Shown: piece after piece, positions 1 to 14,100 of the stretch
Layout: every line of letters starts with the position of its first letter
Numbering within the stretch: the stretch's first letter is position 1
NCBI GenBank assembly: GCA_964016885.1
Contig: OZ024740.1
Location: 157,604,001-157,668,000 of the forward strand
From: Eledone cirrhosa
Taxonomy: Eukaryota
Direction of reading: 5' to 3'
DNA length: 64,000 nt
Notes under the pieces: model-generated
Database searches by the model: none
Seen by the model: only the letters and a program-made list of their open reading frames with translations
What the model was told of the DNA's origin: nothing
Position numbers and translations under genes: made by a program

Positions 1-551
1 ACCTTATCGATGGGTTTGAACTGCTGCAAATGCAACAAACAACCGTGGAAGTCTGGTTTATTAGATATCATCTTTATGATGTATCACGTAAGGGAAGTTG
101 TCCAATGGAGCGAGAGAGGTCTTATAAATCACATATATCTTATTCATTGCAGCATAGTGTAATGTGCTTTGTTTTAAAGAAAAAAGAAAGAAACAACACA
201 ACAAAACAAATAGAATGCCCAAAGATAAATGTGTGATATATTCATGCTCACATTCCTTAGAGAATAAATGCAAATCTATTAACTTTATAAAGTGTTCTAC
301 TTCATTAAGAAGGGGACAAATATTAAATTAAATCTTGCAATATAAATGCTATAAATTATTGATATATGAATGTTAATGCTATATGTTACTCTCCTTCATA
401 TGTCAATAACATAGCACTATACACTGCAAGATTATTATTACGGTCCATTTTTGTAAATTTCAAACACTTAGATGTTAAACAATGTGGACATTTCAGTTAG
501 AGAGTAGCCAACAACAAGATGACAAAGGTTCCTTAGAGCATCCTCTCTTTA

Positions 552-965
552 CCTTACATAGACAAGACTTTCCTTAAAGTCCTTGCTGTACCGAAAAGTG
601 ATGTCTTTTGCGTGGCCTTTAACCTTGCATCAATTCTGATTCTCTTTACACAGTCCTCAAATCTGTCTGACATGCATCCGATCACCACTGGAATCACTAA
701 AACCTTCTTCATCACCCTCAACTTTCAAACCTCCTCCTTCAGTGGCTCATACTTCTCCATGTTGTCGTACTCTTTATCATTCACTCTAATATTCCTTGGG
801 ACAGATATATCAAGAATTTGGGTATCTTTTTTCTTCTTGTTTATAACTAAAATGTCTGGCCTTCTTGCCTCAATCATTCTATCGCATTGTATGGTAAAAT
901 CCCATAAAAGCTTAAATTTGTCATTTTCTAACACCCCTTCTGGTCTCTGCTTATACGATTTAGAT
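552..965 (-). mobile_element. 3' fragment of R4/Dong-like non-LTR retrotransposon (restriction-like endonuclease domain), decayed
   Basis: ORF 725..979(-) PEGVLENDKFKLLWDFTIQCDRMIEARRPDILVINKK..ILDISVP..EKY matches the PD..D RLE motif; manual translation further on gives VIPVVIG and QKTSLFGTARTLRKVL, the usual C-terminus of these elements. Confidence 0.85.
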
Positions 966-1287
966 AAGATATCATCCAAGGATGATTATTATTATTAATT
1001 GTGTTATTCCTCTTCCTTCAATTTTGTTTCCATTTCTTACCGCGTCTTCTCGACACCTATGGCAGAGAAACTCATACATTGATAAGCCACAAAATAAACA
1101 TCCCAGTTTGTTCACACCACGCACTTTACATTGTTACCATTTGCTTTATGCATGTGCACATTATCTGTTTAAAATCCTATTTACAACAGAATGATATTTA
1201 ATCATATAAGAGTGCTCAATTATTTATACCTTACACAATTATGGAATATAATCTAATAAAGGTATGTAAAAAAAATTACATAGATGA

Positions 1288-1900
1288 TTATCTTACCCAC
1301 AGCGATAGTGCGTTTCTCAATACGTGTGCTGCACCAGTTAAAACAATTTTTCGCAATTCATGCAGTGATGTTAAAATATGTTTCTGTTCCTTTTTTGATC
1401 ATTCCTAGTGTTCCTACAATCATTGGTTCCTTGAGATGCCATATTTTTTCAAGTTCAATCAGTAAACGTTTATATTTTCTGAGCTTGTCAAATTATTTTC
1501 TCACGATATTTTGATAACATGAGATGCTCATATCAATCAATAAACATAATTATTTAGTTCTTTTAAACTATTATCCAGTGGTGGCTCTATCAGTATATAC
1601 GAGAAAGTACCAAGGAATCGTTACATTTTCTTCCTCGGTTACACCCTCAGGGTAATGTTTATACCTTTGTCAGCAGATTTGATTTTATAATGTCGACATA
1701 TTAACGAGAGAAGATATTAACCAAGTCTATCATGCCTTCCTTAATTTATACATTACTGGAATTAAAACATTACATCCAGAGATTATGTGGTGCACCTCTT
1801 CAATCTCATACATTACAGAATCGGCACATTGGAACTACTTCATTTCTTATCACATTGGGTCGATAATTTCGAGTTAATAAGCTTTGATCTTGAGCAGCTA
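1288..1900 (-). mobile_element. Second, more decayed R4/Dong-like LINE fragment (zinc knuckle + RLE)
   Basis: Manual minus-strand translation across frameshifts: LAAQDQSLLTRNY, CRFC, HHIISGC, RHDRLG, YKHYPEGVTEEENV, LLIDMSI, KLRKYKRLLIELEKIWHLK, IVGTLGMIKKG, KIVLTGAAHVLRNAL. Confidence 0.75.
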
Positions 1901-1904
1901 AGGT

Positions 1905-2990
1905 GAAGTCTTTACTCTCCCCGGCACGTTATCCTGTGGGTCCTGTCAGAAGCAACTGTCACCAATTTAACATGCGGAATCCCCAAACGAAGTCAGCCGA
2001 ACTCATTGATATTGTCAAGCCATCTTGCTGGTTACCTATCCCTGAGTCTCCTGTCGCAGATTTTACTTGTAAAATATGTTCAACGATTCTTTCTTCAGAC
2101 ATTCAAACCACATGCCCGTAATATTGGAGCTGTGATCTCTCAATTCGGAGAAGGAGCGGCTCTACCTGGAGTGACTCTCTGATCTCTGAGTTGCGCACTC
2201 TATCGAGTAACGTTACTCGATAGACCCTTCGGAGGAACCCTTTTTCGGCCGCTTGCATTTGCGATCATATTCTTTCAGTCATTACCCAAGATTCATGACC
2301 ATAGGTAAGGGTTGGCACAAATACTAAATTGAAAATAGCGAGTTTGTCTTTACCCCTAACCCCCTTCTTCTGATGACCGAATGCTGAAGCTGGCGCATTA
2401 TTGCACCAGCTCCAGCAATTATTGCACTTATTTCAGCCTCTTGCCTTTCATCACTCGTGAACACGGCCCCGAGATACCTGAACTTCTTCAGTTGCTTCAG
2501 TGGAACCTCATTCACATGTAGAGTGCACTGCGCAGCACTGATTTTCATGAGAGCCATACAGCACTCGGCATCAAACCTATCAAGTGCAAGTTGGAGATCA
2601 CCTTCTGACAAGTTAAGTAATACCATGTCGTCTACAAACTCCAACCAATTGATTTTACACCCACCAGTGATACCACTTCCAACCCGACTGCGCATGTCAA
2701 TCTTGTTTATGAAAATAATGAACAGGAGAGGTGACAGAACACACCCTTGGCAGAGTCCGATTCCCACATTGAATGGTTTCGATTTAGCACCCTTTAAGCG
2801 AACACAAATACTCGAGCTTTATATAAAATCATCAGGGCAGCAAGGAGCTGACCATTGATCCCATACCCTGCAGAACCTTCCACAGCAGGACCCCAAGATC
2901 ACGGTGATATACCTTTTCGATGTCTACAAAGCAATAATATACCTCTTGGCAATGCTCCCACGATTTCTCGAAGACCTGCCGTAAAATAGA
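1905..2990 (-). mobile_element. RTE-clade LINE fragment (RT domain to 3' end), decayed
   Basis: ORF 2324..2767(-) has GLCQGCVLSPLLF, FVDD (YADD equivalent) and FRYLG RT motifs; homology continues in broken frames on both sides. Confidence 0.8.
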
Positions 2991-4489
2991 AATCAACACT
3001 TTTAATCCAGGCTAACTAACAAAAGCGGTTGGAGCTCAGATATGTAATATTGTGAATTTAAAAATATTGGATAGATTATATTTGCTCTTTAAGGTTGTTT
3101 AGAATCTAAAAAAACAACAACAACTAATAAGGGAGATACTTCCAATAAAATGACGATCGAAAATTTTCGATGATGCATATTTCTAACATATGTTTGTGCT
3201 TCCCTCGAAGCGTATTTTTGGACAAGACTACAAATATTTCAGAGAGACTGGTAGGGCGAATATTATTAACATCGGTACTTGACTGGTGCTTTATTTTATT
3301 GACTCAAGATCGATGAAAAACAACCTCCAATCAATCCGTAGATATTTGAAATCTGAACGACAATGAATATATCTTCATTTTGCTCGGAAACTTTGTTTTA
3401 TGACAATCAATTGCCTCTTCGAACCACCTTCCCCTAAATAATAGCAATTTATAGCTTAGGCAGAAGTCGAAATCATCAATGTTTGTAAGATAAGCATTTT
3501 TACACGGAGGAATTTGTTGTTGTTGTTAAACCACTGTCATAATTGGCTGTATCATCCGCCCCCCAGCTCACGACCCTTCATTACCACACAAAGATCTCGC
3601 ACTTCCTATCCTGAATCTCTTGTGATAACATCAAACTAGTAGGGCTGGCGTGTTTTCCCAGGAACTGGCCGAGGTTTCCAAAGAATAAATTATGTCGCTA
3701 GCTCATATTTTGTTTGAAAGTAGTGCCCTGATCGAGTAGAAATATGAGTAAAATTGAAATGGAACTAGAAGCTTCGCCGTAATATGTTTGACTATAAAAT
3801 AGTTTAATACCATCTTTTTTCCGTTCAGTGGGACTTTACGTCCCATTATTAGAATATATTATAGGAAAAAAATATTACAAGGAAGCTTCAATTTCTATTT
3901 CAATTCTAAATTTCGCTCACCGCGTTCCAAACATACTTCCTTTGGTATAATTGACTTAATCCAACACAGTTTTTCTGCTACTTATTTTATCAACCCCGGA
4001 ATTTGTTAAGTTATACAGCCTCTATCCCCTTTCCCAACTTGGTGACATGTTAGACTACAAATAGACGTGAACTTAAATATTTCAAAAGTATTTCATCTCA
4101 TCTGTGACCGTCTCTTGATGGAGGCAGCATAGTTTAAATATTTGCTTTACATTCATGATGTTCTAGGTTCGGTCTTCCTTTATGTCATTTTTGACAAGTA
4201 ACTTTTACCATAACTTCGGATCGAACGAAGCCCTGCGAGCGTAATTGGGTAGTCAGAAACTATTTTGAAGCTCATCGAATTGACTGTACCTGCAATTCAG
4301 AGGTCAGCCTTGTGCCACGAAGCTGTGAATTACTCTAAGAGATTCCTTCTGTGGAATTACAATAATAGAATACCCTCGTATGGAAAACTCAGTTACTTAC
4401 ACAAACATTTAACAATTTGCCCGTTTCGTTGACCGAATAAGGCGAGCACTATCGGTGAAACCAACAGAGGTACATTTTTTTATAACCAC

Positions 4490-5145
4490 CTCGAAATAAC
4501 TGTTTCTACATTTGGCACAAGGCCAGCAATTTGAAAGGAAGGGAAAAGTCGATGAAATCGACCCCAGTGGGTTACTGGTACTTTATTTTATTGACCCCAC
4601 AAGGATGAAAGGTAAAGCTAACCTCAGCGGGATTACAACTCAGAACGTAACGGGCCGTAACTCTATACCGTAAAACATATCAGACGCCCTACTAATACTG
4701 CCAATCAACCACCCTCCAACTCGAAATAATGGTTTCTTATATAAGCACAAACCCAGCAATTTTGGTGGGGGCGAAAGTCGATTAAATTGACCCCAGTGCG
4801 TGACTGGTACTTTATTTTATCGACCCTGTAAGGATGAAAGGCAAAGTTAACCTCAGCGGGATTTGAACTCAGAACGTAACGGGCTGTAACTCTATGCCGT
4901 AAAGCATATTCAACGCTCTACCAATACTGCCAATCCATCGCCCTCCATATCGAAATAATTGTTTCTACTATTGGCACAAGGCCAGCAATTATTCCAGTGC
5001 ATTACTGGTACTTTATTTTATCGACCTCGTAAGGACAAAAGGCAAAGTTAACTTCGGTGGGATTTGAACTCAGACCATAAAGGGGTGTAACTCTGGAAAG
5101 CATTAGCATCCGACCTTCTACTGATACTGCCAATCCACCGCATGT
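4490..5145 (-). mobile_element. Three head-to-tail copies of a tRNA-derived SINE (Deu/Nin-like central domain)
   Basis: Each ~200-230 bp unit reads on - strand TGGCAGTATTGG (A box), GAGTTCAAATCC (B box), CTTTGCCTTTCATCCTT..GGTCGATAAAATAAAGTACCAG and tail TTGTGCC..TAGAAACAATTATT. Confidence 0.85.
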
Positions 5146-5803
5146 CGAAATAATAAAATTAACAGAATGAAATAAAAATGATAAAAACGATAATAAATGA
5201 ATAAACACAAGAAAATAAAATGAGAACATACCTGTCGTTGAGGATGACAAGCAAGAATTAAATTTGAATATAAAAGCAGTTCCAACCACACAGACACCCA
5301 GGTAGGCTGTGTGTAGTGATATCTGGCCCGGGGCCTAATGTTAAATTGTTTCAGCATTTTTTGTTGTTGTTGTTGTTTCCTTATATTTTTCTTTAATAAT
5401 ATAAAAATAATATGACAAAAATATTAAGGCCGTTGTGATCTAGGATTGTGATGATGATCGTGATGAGAACGATGATGATGATGAGTTGATGTTGATAATA
5501 GTTATGTTGTTTTGCTGTTAAGTCATCCCTAATCGTCCAGACCTATGATCACAAGCATTCCGGCCGTGATCACTTCACTTTTTATAAGGTTTATCTAGGA
5601 CAATATTTTCCAATTATTCATTTCTTTATTGAAGAAGGTAGGGCTGAATTTCAGGGAGATTTAGTTTGTTGCTGGTTTTATACAGGTATAGGGAGTATAT
5701 GTCGGTGTTGGTGCTGGTGTAATGTGTTGCTACAGTGGTTAGAGAGAGGTGTTAGGGAAGTCACATGGTGGATGTGGTCACAGATTGCTGTTATGATGGC
5801 ACT

Positions 5804-5862
5804 ACGATGATTTCTCCCGAATGAAACAGTTCTAGTCTTGTAGAAGCCTTTTCTATATTAAA
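5804..5862 (+). mobile_element. Truncated copy of HHR mini-element family A
   Basis: GATGATTTCTCCCGAATGAAACAGTTCTAGTCTTGTAGAAGC matches copies at 23114, 35807, 48214, 56276; 5' core and stem I lost. Confidence 0.65.
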
Positions 5863-5967
5863 TATATATAAATGTATATATATATATCTACGGTTCTTAT
5901 ATATTTGATATATATTTATCCTTATCGAGCCCTCTTTGGATTTTAGTCTTCAAATTTATTATTATTA

Positions 5968-6054
<87 letters not shown>

Positions 6055-6370
6055 GCAACGTTTTGTCGAGTTTTCTGGAGGTGGTGCCTTTTTGTGACGT
6101 TCCTTTCTACTAGTTAAGTATATTTTGTGGAAAAATTAGCAACCCTAATATATTTGCTAGTATTCCGCAAAATTTAATAATTGATAATATTAGTATATAT
6201 TCATTTAGAAGGATAATCGTGGATGGGTGGTGAGAGATAAACACCCGAGAAGTAAGAGTTTAGTCATGTCGCTATAACAATATATGCGTGTATTTGTCTG
6301 CATGTGTGTGTGCGTGTGTGTGTGTGTGTGTATGTATATATATATGTGTGTATATATGTATTTATATATA

Positions 6371-6415
<45 letters not shown>

Positions 6416-7076
6416 TTATATGTGTGTGTGTGTGTGAGCGTTTATCACAGTTTATAATCCATTATAGTACAATATAGTATTCCGTAAGATCCTTCGCTCG
6501 CTCGTTCACACATAATGCTGTGTGCAGTGATGCATCTACGTGAGCAAAAGAAACCAAAAATGCATCTGTTGCATACGTGTGTGCATATGTATAAATATGT
6601 ATTTGTGTGTGGAGGTAATAGGTTGGAGGTATCAAGGTGCTGATAAGAAGGGAGGTTGTTTGATTTGGTGGTGTTCGATCTAGGCGTGTGTTGCCTGTAT
6701 CAACGCACCTGCTGGCATGTATGCGTGTGTATATGTCAGGGATAATGTGTATGTATTGATAACATTGTACAGTTATGTGTATTTGTGTAAGGGTAAGTAA
6801 ATATGTGGAAATGTGTAGGTTCGTGAACGTGTAGATTATACGTATGTGTGTTGTCTGTGAGCGCGTGTAAATGTGTATATGTGTAAATGTGTATATGTAG
6901 GTGAGTGTGGAGATGTATAGTTTGTTTTTGTGTAATCATGAATCTGTGTATGCGTCTGTGTGTATGAGTGTGTGTTTGTGAGTTTGTGTGGAGAAGTATG
7001 AGTATGTATGTGTAGCGGGTGGATTGTATAGAGATGATAGAGATTTGACGCAATAATATTTGGTGATGGTCTATGG

Positions 7077-7613
7077 CAGAGGTGGGGAACCTTTTTACCA
7101 TTAGAGGCCACATTTAAATTAGGCAGTAATAAAGAAGACCGCATAAGTTGATATACCTATAAATGCGACTTTTGTGAAATTATTATAGTTTTTGTATAGT
7201 TTTATAGTCATTTATTTATTATTTAACATAAACAGCTACAATATAAAATATTTTTGTATTCACATAATCATAAAGAAATACAATAGAAAAATAATAATAT
7301 TAAGTTAAAAAAACTAACATAGCAACAATACATAAAATAATTTTAAAATCCAAAGGAAAATTCAAGTTAGTGGGATATTTGCCTTTGTTTCTTGCTTGAA
7401 AGTAATTGAATATTTGGATCAAGCTTCGTAACGCGCAGCCTTAATTGATCCTCTAAATGAGCATCTGTGGTTTGCGTTCTTAAAGTAGTTTTAATTTAAT
7501 TTAATTTTTAAAGTAGTTTTAATTAATACAAGACCGCACGAGAAATATGAAGGCCGCACGAGAAACTCACGGAGGCCGCATGCGGTCTCAAGGCTGCAGG
7601 CTCCCCACCTCTG
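7077..7613 (-). mobile_element. Non-autonomous hAT (Charlie/Buster-type) DNA transposon, 537 bp
   Basis: TIRs CAGAGGTGGGGAACCT / AGGCTCCCCACCTCTG; perfect 8-bp TSD GTCTATGG (7069-7076, 7614-7621); internal minus-strand remnant IKTTLRTQTTDAHLEDQLRLRVTKLDPNIQLLSSKKQRQISH* resembles hAT transposase C-termini. Confidence 0.92.
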
Positions 7614-8269
7614 GTCTATGGTATCTGCATGACGCATATAGCAGAGAGAATGTGTGAGAGAGTGTGTTTAGACATGTGCGTTTATTTGTGTATGCTGTAC
7701 CTGTATATGTAGCATAAGATGAGTGTTTGTGGAGGTGGTGATGGCAATGATTTGGGGTGGGATCTCTTGTGTTAAATTTGATGCCACGGTGTCCTGTCTG
7801 GTTGTACATGCCGGCATATAGGTGGGTTTGACTTCACATGTGTGTTTTGATATGAGTGTACAAAAGCGTATGCGTGCGTGTGAGTATGTGAGTGTGAGTA
7901 TGTGAGTGTCTGTATCTATGTGTGTGCCTGTCTGTGCCCGTGTATACCTGTGCGGGATTGTGTGTGCTTGTGTGTGCTAGAGTGTGCCTTTATGTGCCCA
8001 AGTTTGCTTATAAATGTGTATAGTGTATATATGCATGTGTGTAAATTAAATCTGTATGTGTCCCTGTGTTATGTGTGAAAACGCGTAATATTGAGCATAT
8101 GCAAGGATGTATTAGTATCTAATGACACATGAATGTTCGTGTATGTGTGTGTGAGTGTGTTTGTATGTTTGTGTGGGAGAGATTTAGAATATTATGTATA
8201 TATGTACGCGTGCGCACGTTAAGTGCTTGTGTAATATGATTAGTATGCACGGCAGTTCATCCTCGTTCA

Positions 8270-8351
<82 letters not shown>

Positions 8352-8579
8352 TCACACACGCAGGCACATATATAGGTAAGTACGCGTGTGTGTACGTGTG
8401 AATGCATTTGTGCGTATATTTGTGTGGAGTGGGTGCGCAAGTGTTGTGCGTGTGTAAGTATTAGTGAATGAATAACTACACTACGAATGAATGAATGAGT
8501 GAGTGAATGAATGAAGACGCATGCGCGCTTTTCTTGTGCGAACGCTACATGTGTAAACAGCTCGCGAAAAACAACACTT

Positions 8580-8817
8580 CCCTCACCACCTTTTCGTCTG
8601 TCACCACCACCACCACTGTCGCCATAACCATTGCCACTAACATTACTACTACTACTACTACTACTGCTGTTACATCCACCACCACCACCACCACCACCAC
8701 CACCACCCCTACCACCACCACCACCACCACCATCACCACCATCACTACCACAACACCCACCACCACCACAGCTGTTATAATCCCCACCACAATTAGCATC
8801 ACCATTGTTATCAATAT

Positions 8818-8882
<65 letters not shown>

Positions 8883-9140
8883 TCACCACTTTAACCACCA
8901 TTGCCATCAACGTCACTCTCACAACCTGTATACCGTCATCATAAACAGCACAACTACCACCACTTCCACATTTATGGTATTCGGGTTTCATATTATTCAG
9001 TAGAACCGGGATTATAAAAGTATGATGACGACAATGACGTTGATGTTGGTGGTGGTGGTGGTAGCGGTGGTGGTGGTGGTGTTGGTGGTAGCGGTGGTGG
9101 TGGTGGTGGTGTTGGTGGCTGTGATGGTGGTGGTAGTTGT
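8580..9140. repeat. Compound trinucleotide microsatellites (ACC)n/(ACT)n and (GGT)n
   Basis: Directly visible; source of the poly-T/poly-V ORFs. Confidence 0.95.
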
Positions 9141-9202
9141 GTAGCAGTACAATGAAGAAATATATTAGTTTAACTCTTGATATAGTAGGAAAAGGGTCTT
9201 AG

Positions 9203-9238
9203 CCTTAACGTTTCGGACAATAATCCTTCATCAGAAGA
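9203..9238 (-). ncRNA. Minimal type I hammerhead ribozyme motif (Penelope pLTR-like)
   Basis: Minus strand: TCTT CTGATGA A GGA ttattg TCC GAAA CG TT AAGG; same family as 40124-40159. Confidence 0.65.
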
Positions 9239-9619
9239 TAGAATAAGAAAAAATTAAAGATTAAATAGAATGTGAGAGAAGTAAGAAGAGAAAGGAACGG
9301 AATATTTTTATTTAGGAAAACACGTGTATATAACAGTCAGCATATACATACATATGTATTAAGTTATGTTTCTTCCAACGGTAACATCACCTTAACCATA
9401 ATAACAATATCATCATCACCAACAACACCTTCCACGGTTCCAAAAGCAACTATTAGTACCATCACTGTTATTTATTTATTGATTTATTTATTTTCTGTGT
9501 CTTCATGAATATATGTCATTTGAAACTACTGATGTTGGAAATATGAGGAACTTTTCTGCGATTCCACAATATAGAAAAAGGTAATGCATGATGGCGGTTT
9601 AATTATCATTATTATTATT

Positions 9620-9808
9620 ATGGCGGTGGATTGGCAGTATCGGTAGAGGGTCGGACGCCATGCTTTGACGCATAGAGTTACGGCCCTTGCCATTCTGAGT
9701 TCAAATCCCGCCGAGGTTAACTTTGTCTTTCACCCTTAAGGGGTAGATAAAATAAAGTACCAGTAATACACTGAGTAATTGCTGGACTTGTGCCAAAAAG
9801 TAGAAACA

Positions 9809-9812
<4 letters not shown>
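9620..9812 (+). mobile_element. tRNA-derived SINE (Deu/Nin-like domain)
   Basis: A box TGGCAGTATCGG, B box GAGTTCAAATCC, conserved body, (TTA)n tail. Confidence 0.85.
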
Positions 9813-9862
<50 letters not shown>

Positions 9863-9863
<1 letters not shown>

Positions 9864-10747
9864 GACCAATCGGGCAATGTGATCGGAGGAAACTCCACCT
9901 TGGCGTTCTATAGAGGATTAGTGGAGGGGAAGAGCGACCACGTACTTGGGGAAACTCTAGGCGTCGACGAAAATCAACTAGCCAATCTCTTCGGAAGAAC
10001 TTTCGGGCCGGGGCCTATGGACAACTTCCAGAAATCCCTGGCCTGGCAGTGCTACCGAGGAGCTTTGCCAGTTCGGGATAAACTCTACAGGCATGGAGGT
10101 GCCGTCAGCCGGGCATGTCCGAGATGCGCGCAGGGCGGCAGACCTGGCTATCAACTGAGTCCATCAACAGTGTCCGAAAATTGCTGACTTGTGGGTTTAT
10201 GTCGAACACCTGCTGTCGCGTGTAGGACGGATCCGGCTATCATCTGAGTCCATCGTGAGGATTGCCCCGCCCTCTTCCTTTAGCCGGGAAGGGCAGGCAG
10301 TTTTTATCTGTCTGGTGGCCATGGCGAAAGAGATAGTATGGTGGACACGTTTGAAAGGGCTGAAGACGAGCACTTACCTCTTCGGTGACGCCCTGATTAA
10401 CTTTTTCAAATTTCATTTGAAAAGGAAAATCCGGGTAGAGAGGGAAGTGCTCTCTTCCCAGCATTTTGTTGAAAGATGGGTGAGAGAGGCAAGAATGGCC
10501 CGAGTGAATGGGCTGGGAGAGAGCACTTGCCCTGGTGGTCAGGGTCACTGTGGCTTTTTAATGGGCTTTCTCCACGAATGTCCCTCGGAAGTCTCCCCCG
10601 TATTGGGGAATTTTTCATTGTTATTTTTTTGTTACATCCTTTGTTTTTGTTTTTTACGTGCAGAAATGCCCATTTGTACCGTCCTGTATTGTCCTGTACT
10701 ATCCTTAATGTCTACTTTATGTAAACCCTTGTGGTTAATAAAGAAAG

Positions 10748-10784
<37 letters not shown>

Positions 10785-10785
10785 A
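9863..10785 (+). mobile_element. 5'-truncated Tx1/L1-like LINE (zf-RVT region + 3' UTR), copy 1
   Basis: LAWQCYRGALPVRDKL..CPRC motif, AATAAA then (TTA)n tail; highly similar to 45325-46275. Confidence 0.85.
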
Positions 10786-10996
10786 ATATGACGATGACGA
10801 AGATGATGGTAATGTAAACAGATCTCGTGTCGGTATCAACGACGACTACTCCAGTTGTTCGATCAACAGAACTACATGCTCATTGATTTACAGTGTATGT
10901 CCTCGAATATTTCATTGGCACGTGTTTCTGCTATATCTTTTTCTGTGGGCTTAGAATTTAAAATTACTGTCACACCTACATTATATATACTTTAGA

Positions 10997-11180
10997 TGAA
11001 TTGGCAGTATCGGTAGAGGGTCGGACGCCATGCTTTCCAGCATAGTTACCTCCCATTACGGTCTGAGTTCAAATCCCGTCGAGGTTAACTTTGCCTTTCA
11101 TCCTTACGGGGTCGATAAAAATAAAGTACCAGTAATATACTGGGTAATTGCTGGCCTTGTGCCAAAAGTAGAAACAATTA
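10997..11180 (+). mobile_element. tRNA-derived SINE (Deu/Nin-like domain)
   Basis: Same consensus as 9620-9812. Confidence 0.85.
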
Positions 11181-14100
11181 TATATACTTTAGACGGTAAC
11201 AATTTCAAGATGAAGATCAACTTCTTTGAAGTCATTAACAAGAACAACATCTAGAAGAAATGCAATGATACATTGCAAACACACCAAAAGAAAAACAAGA
11301 TCGGCGAAAAGTAGGACGAGGAAAATAAAGCTCTACAATTAAATAAAATGTATCATAGGTTTGCAATGATGCATGTATGGTTGTGGTTAAGAAGTTCCTA
11401 TCAGAAACATGAAGTTCTGGGTCTTATCCCACTACGTATCAACTTAGGCAAATGCTATTTATCATAACCTCGCGTCAACCTAAGCTTAGAATCGATTATA
11501 CCAGTAACTTAAAGGTCCAAGCCTTGTCACACTGATGCAACTTGAAAATTACATTTAGGGTGCACAGGTTTACGGAATACTCAGCCATTGTCATGTTAAT
11601 TTAACTAAATGTTTATCGTCGAAATCGGCGCCGGATCTATCATCTTAAGTTAACTTAGGATGGAATTGCAAATACATTTTTAGTGAAACGAGCATAGTTA
11701 GGAGCATAAAAATACGTGATATATGGTAAAGAATAACAATAAATTTAATTAAATTGTCGATTTTATTTATTCTAAAGTAAGCGACAAAATAAACAAATTC
11801 CTTTAAAATACTTGGAGCAAATTGGATGAGAGGTGTTGCCATTCTAATCCTCTTATAATAAAGAATGGATTTTACCGTCTACGTGAATCGAATGGCAAAT
11901 TGAAAAAAGAAAAATCACGTACTATACACGTGCTGCGATTCAAAACAGTTTCGAAATTCGTTGTGTGCTAATATAAACATGCTAATGTTAGAGGTTGGAT
12001 TCCATGAAGGACACATAGTATGCTGTTCATTTCATTGATTAAGTTAGAGGTTCGTGTTTTTTTTGTTCTGACATCTCATTTGCCCGCTTTCTCATATACA
12101 TTAATCTACATCAGCATATTTAGATTTATCCAAAAATTAAGCTCTGCTTTCAAAGAATTTTGAAATAGAATGAGATGAAGAAAAAACATTGTTTGTTTTT
12201 AAAACAAAATAGGATCTAAACAATTTACAAAATCTTGGATCGTTGACGTTTTGGAAGGTTGAAATGCCGAAAGTTAGTCTGAAAGACATATTAACGATGA
12301 CAGAAAGTAAAGAAACTGAAAAAAATTACATTTAAAAAAAAATACAATCAGTAGATAAAAATATATTCCAGGGGGAATAAAAATACAAAAAAAAAAAGAA
12401 AGGAGAAAAGAAAGAAAAAGAATTTTGGTAAAAAAATGAAATATTGATATAGTGAACAGAAAATAAAGGAAGAAACAAAAGTAAATTAAAGGCCAAAAAT
12501 AGTGAAATAAAGATTAGAGAAAAATAACGGTTGCTATGAAATCAATCCCCGGCAACACATGCCATGTGCTAGGCAACACAGCGCTGGTAACTTACTGCGG
12601 TTTCGTTTTTAAGCTATCAAAGGTTGTTTGACAGAAGCCTCTGTATTACCTATATCTGACTGTGTGATTAAGAAGGTCGCTTCGCACCCTTGTGTGCGGC
12701 ATCCTAGGCAGTATCTTCTATTAAAGCATCAAGCCAGCCAAAGCTTAGTGAGAGCAATTTGGTCGATGTAATCTATATGGAAGCTTGACGACGTCTACAG
12801 TTCCTGTTTTGTCAAGAACATTATGTTTTTTGTTTTGTTTATTTTCTTACACAATATTTGTATACTACTTTTTTTAAAAGTTTTTCTTTTAAAGATGTTA
12901 GTCTTCGTTCTTCATCAGTTCTGTACATTTCTAAATGAGGGACACTATTAAATTATAATATTCAATTGTATATACTGTTAAATTAATATATAGTATTTCT
13001 GTGGCATCTGTCAGTTTGATCGAGTATCTACACCTGAAAATTTCCTCTTCTGGGCTCAGGTCTTGGCAATGTTTTATGGACTACCAATATAAGTTTTCCC
13101 TTTCCATGCCAACGATCTTGTCGAGAGGAAAGGCAAGAGCAAATGTACCTTGGCTATAGCGTCGTCACAAGCGAACCTAGAACGCAGGATATTTTATCCA
13201 CTGCTCTTGATTAGTACTTTAATTTATCGACACCGAAGGGGTGAAAAACAAAGTTGCCATCGGCATAATTAGATCTTAGATTAGAAAGAACCAGAAAAAT
13301 ACAATAAGATATTTCGACCAATGTTCTAATTCCACCACCTTGCTATTTTATACCCTTCTAAATTATAATATATTGTTTTACTGTTTCGCCAAAGAAAACA
13401 AAGCTGTGCCCATGACCCTTTTCAGACCCTGCGAGATTAGTAGGGAAGCGAAAGGTGTACTCAAATCGGAGACCCCACTAAAGGCACTGAAGGGCCAGGT
13501 AGTGGAATGAAACCTGGCGAGTGATTAATCCCATCACTGTTGTATACACTATGGCATATAAATGTATAATACACTAATATATCATAAGATTAAATTTGTA
13601 TCAAGAGCCATTTATTACACTTTTTAACACATGTAACACAACCATAGAATCTAATTAAATATCTTCTTATTTGAAAAAACTCCCTGTCCATGTCACTCAG
13701 GTATGATATTTTCCATATGAGAAGAAACATAATTCTTCCAAGGTTGTTTTCCATTATGCATCAGACTGCCATTCAATTTCAAATTTCAAATCCTCTTTAG
13801 ATTATACAAAACTTCTTTTATGTCATTTTCAACCGAGAATAATTTTTAAAAATATTTTCTATAAACTCTATATTATCTTCAATTATGATCTTTGTCAAAT
13901 TCTGAAGATGTTTCAGTTGTAACGAAACATCTTCAAGATAGAATTTTTTCTTAAACTTTGACAATCAGATATAACATAATTGCCGATATATACAATCACT
14001 GAATCTTTCGCTCAGCTTAGCATTACCGCCATTAGGCTAGGGTTAGAGCATAGCTGAACGTTTAAGAAGTTCACTACACAATCATAAAGTTCCGAGTTCG

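Noticed and set aside
8507-8991. Mucin-like poly-Thr ORF
   Set aside because: (ACC)/(ACT) microsatellite
13902-13935. CTGAAGA..GAAAC hammerhead-like hairpin
   Set aside because: No stem I or credible stem III; single copy
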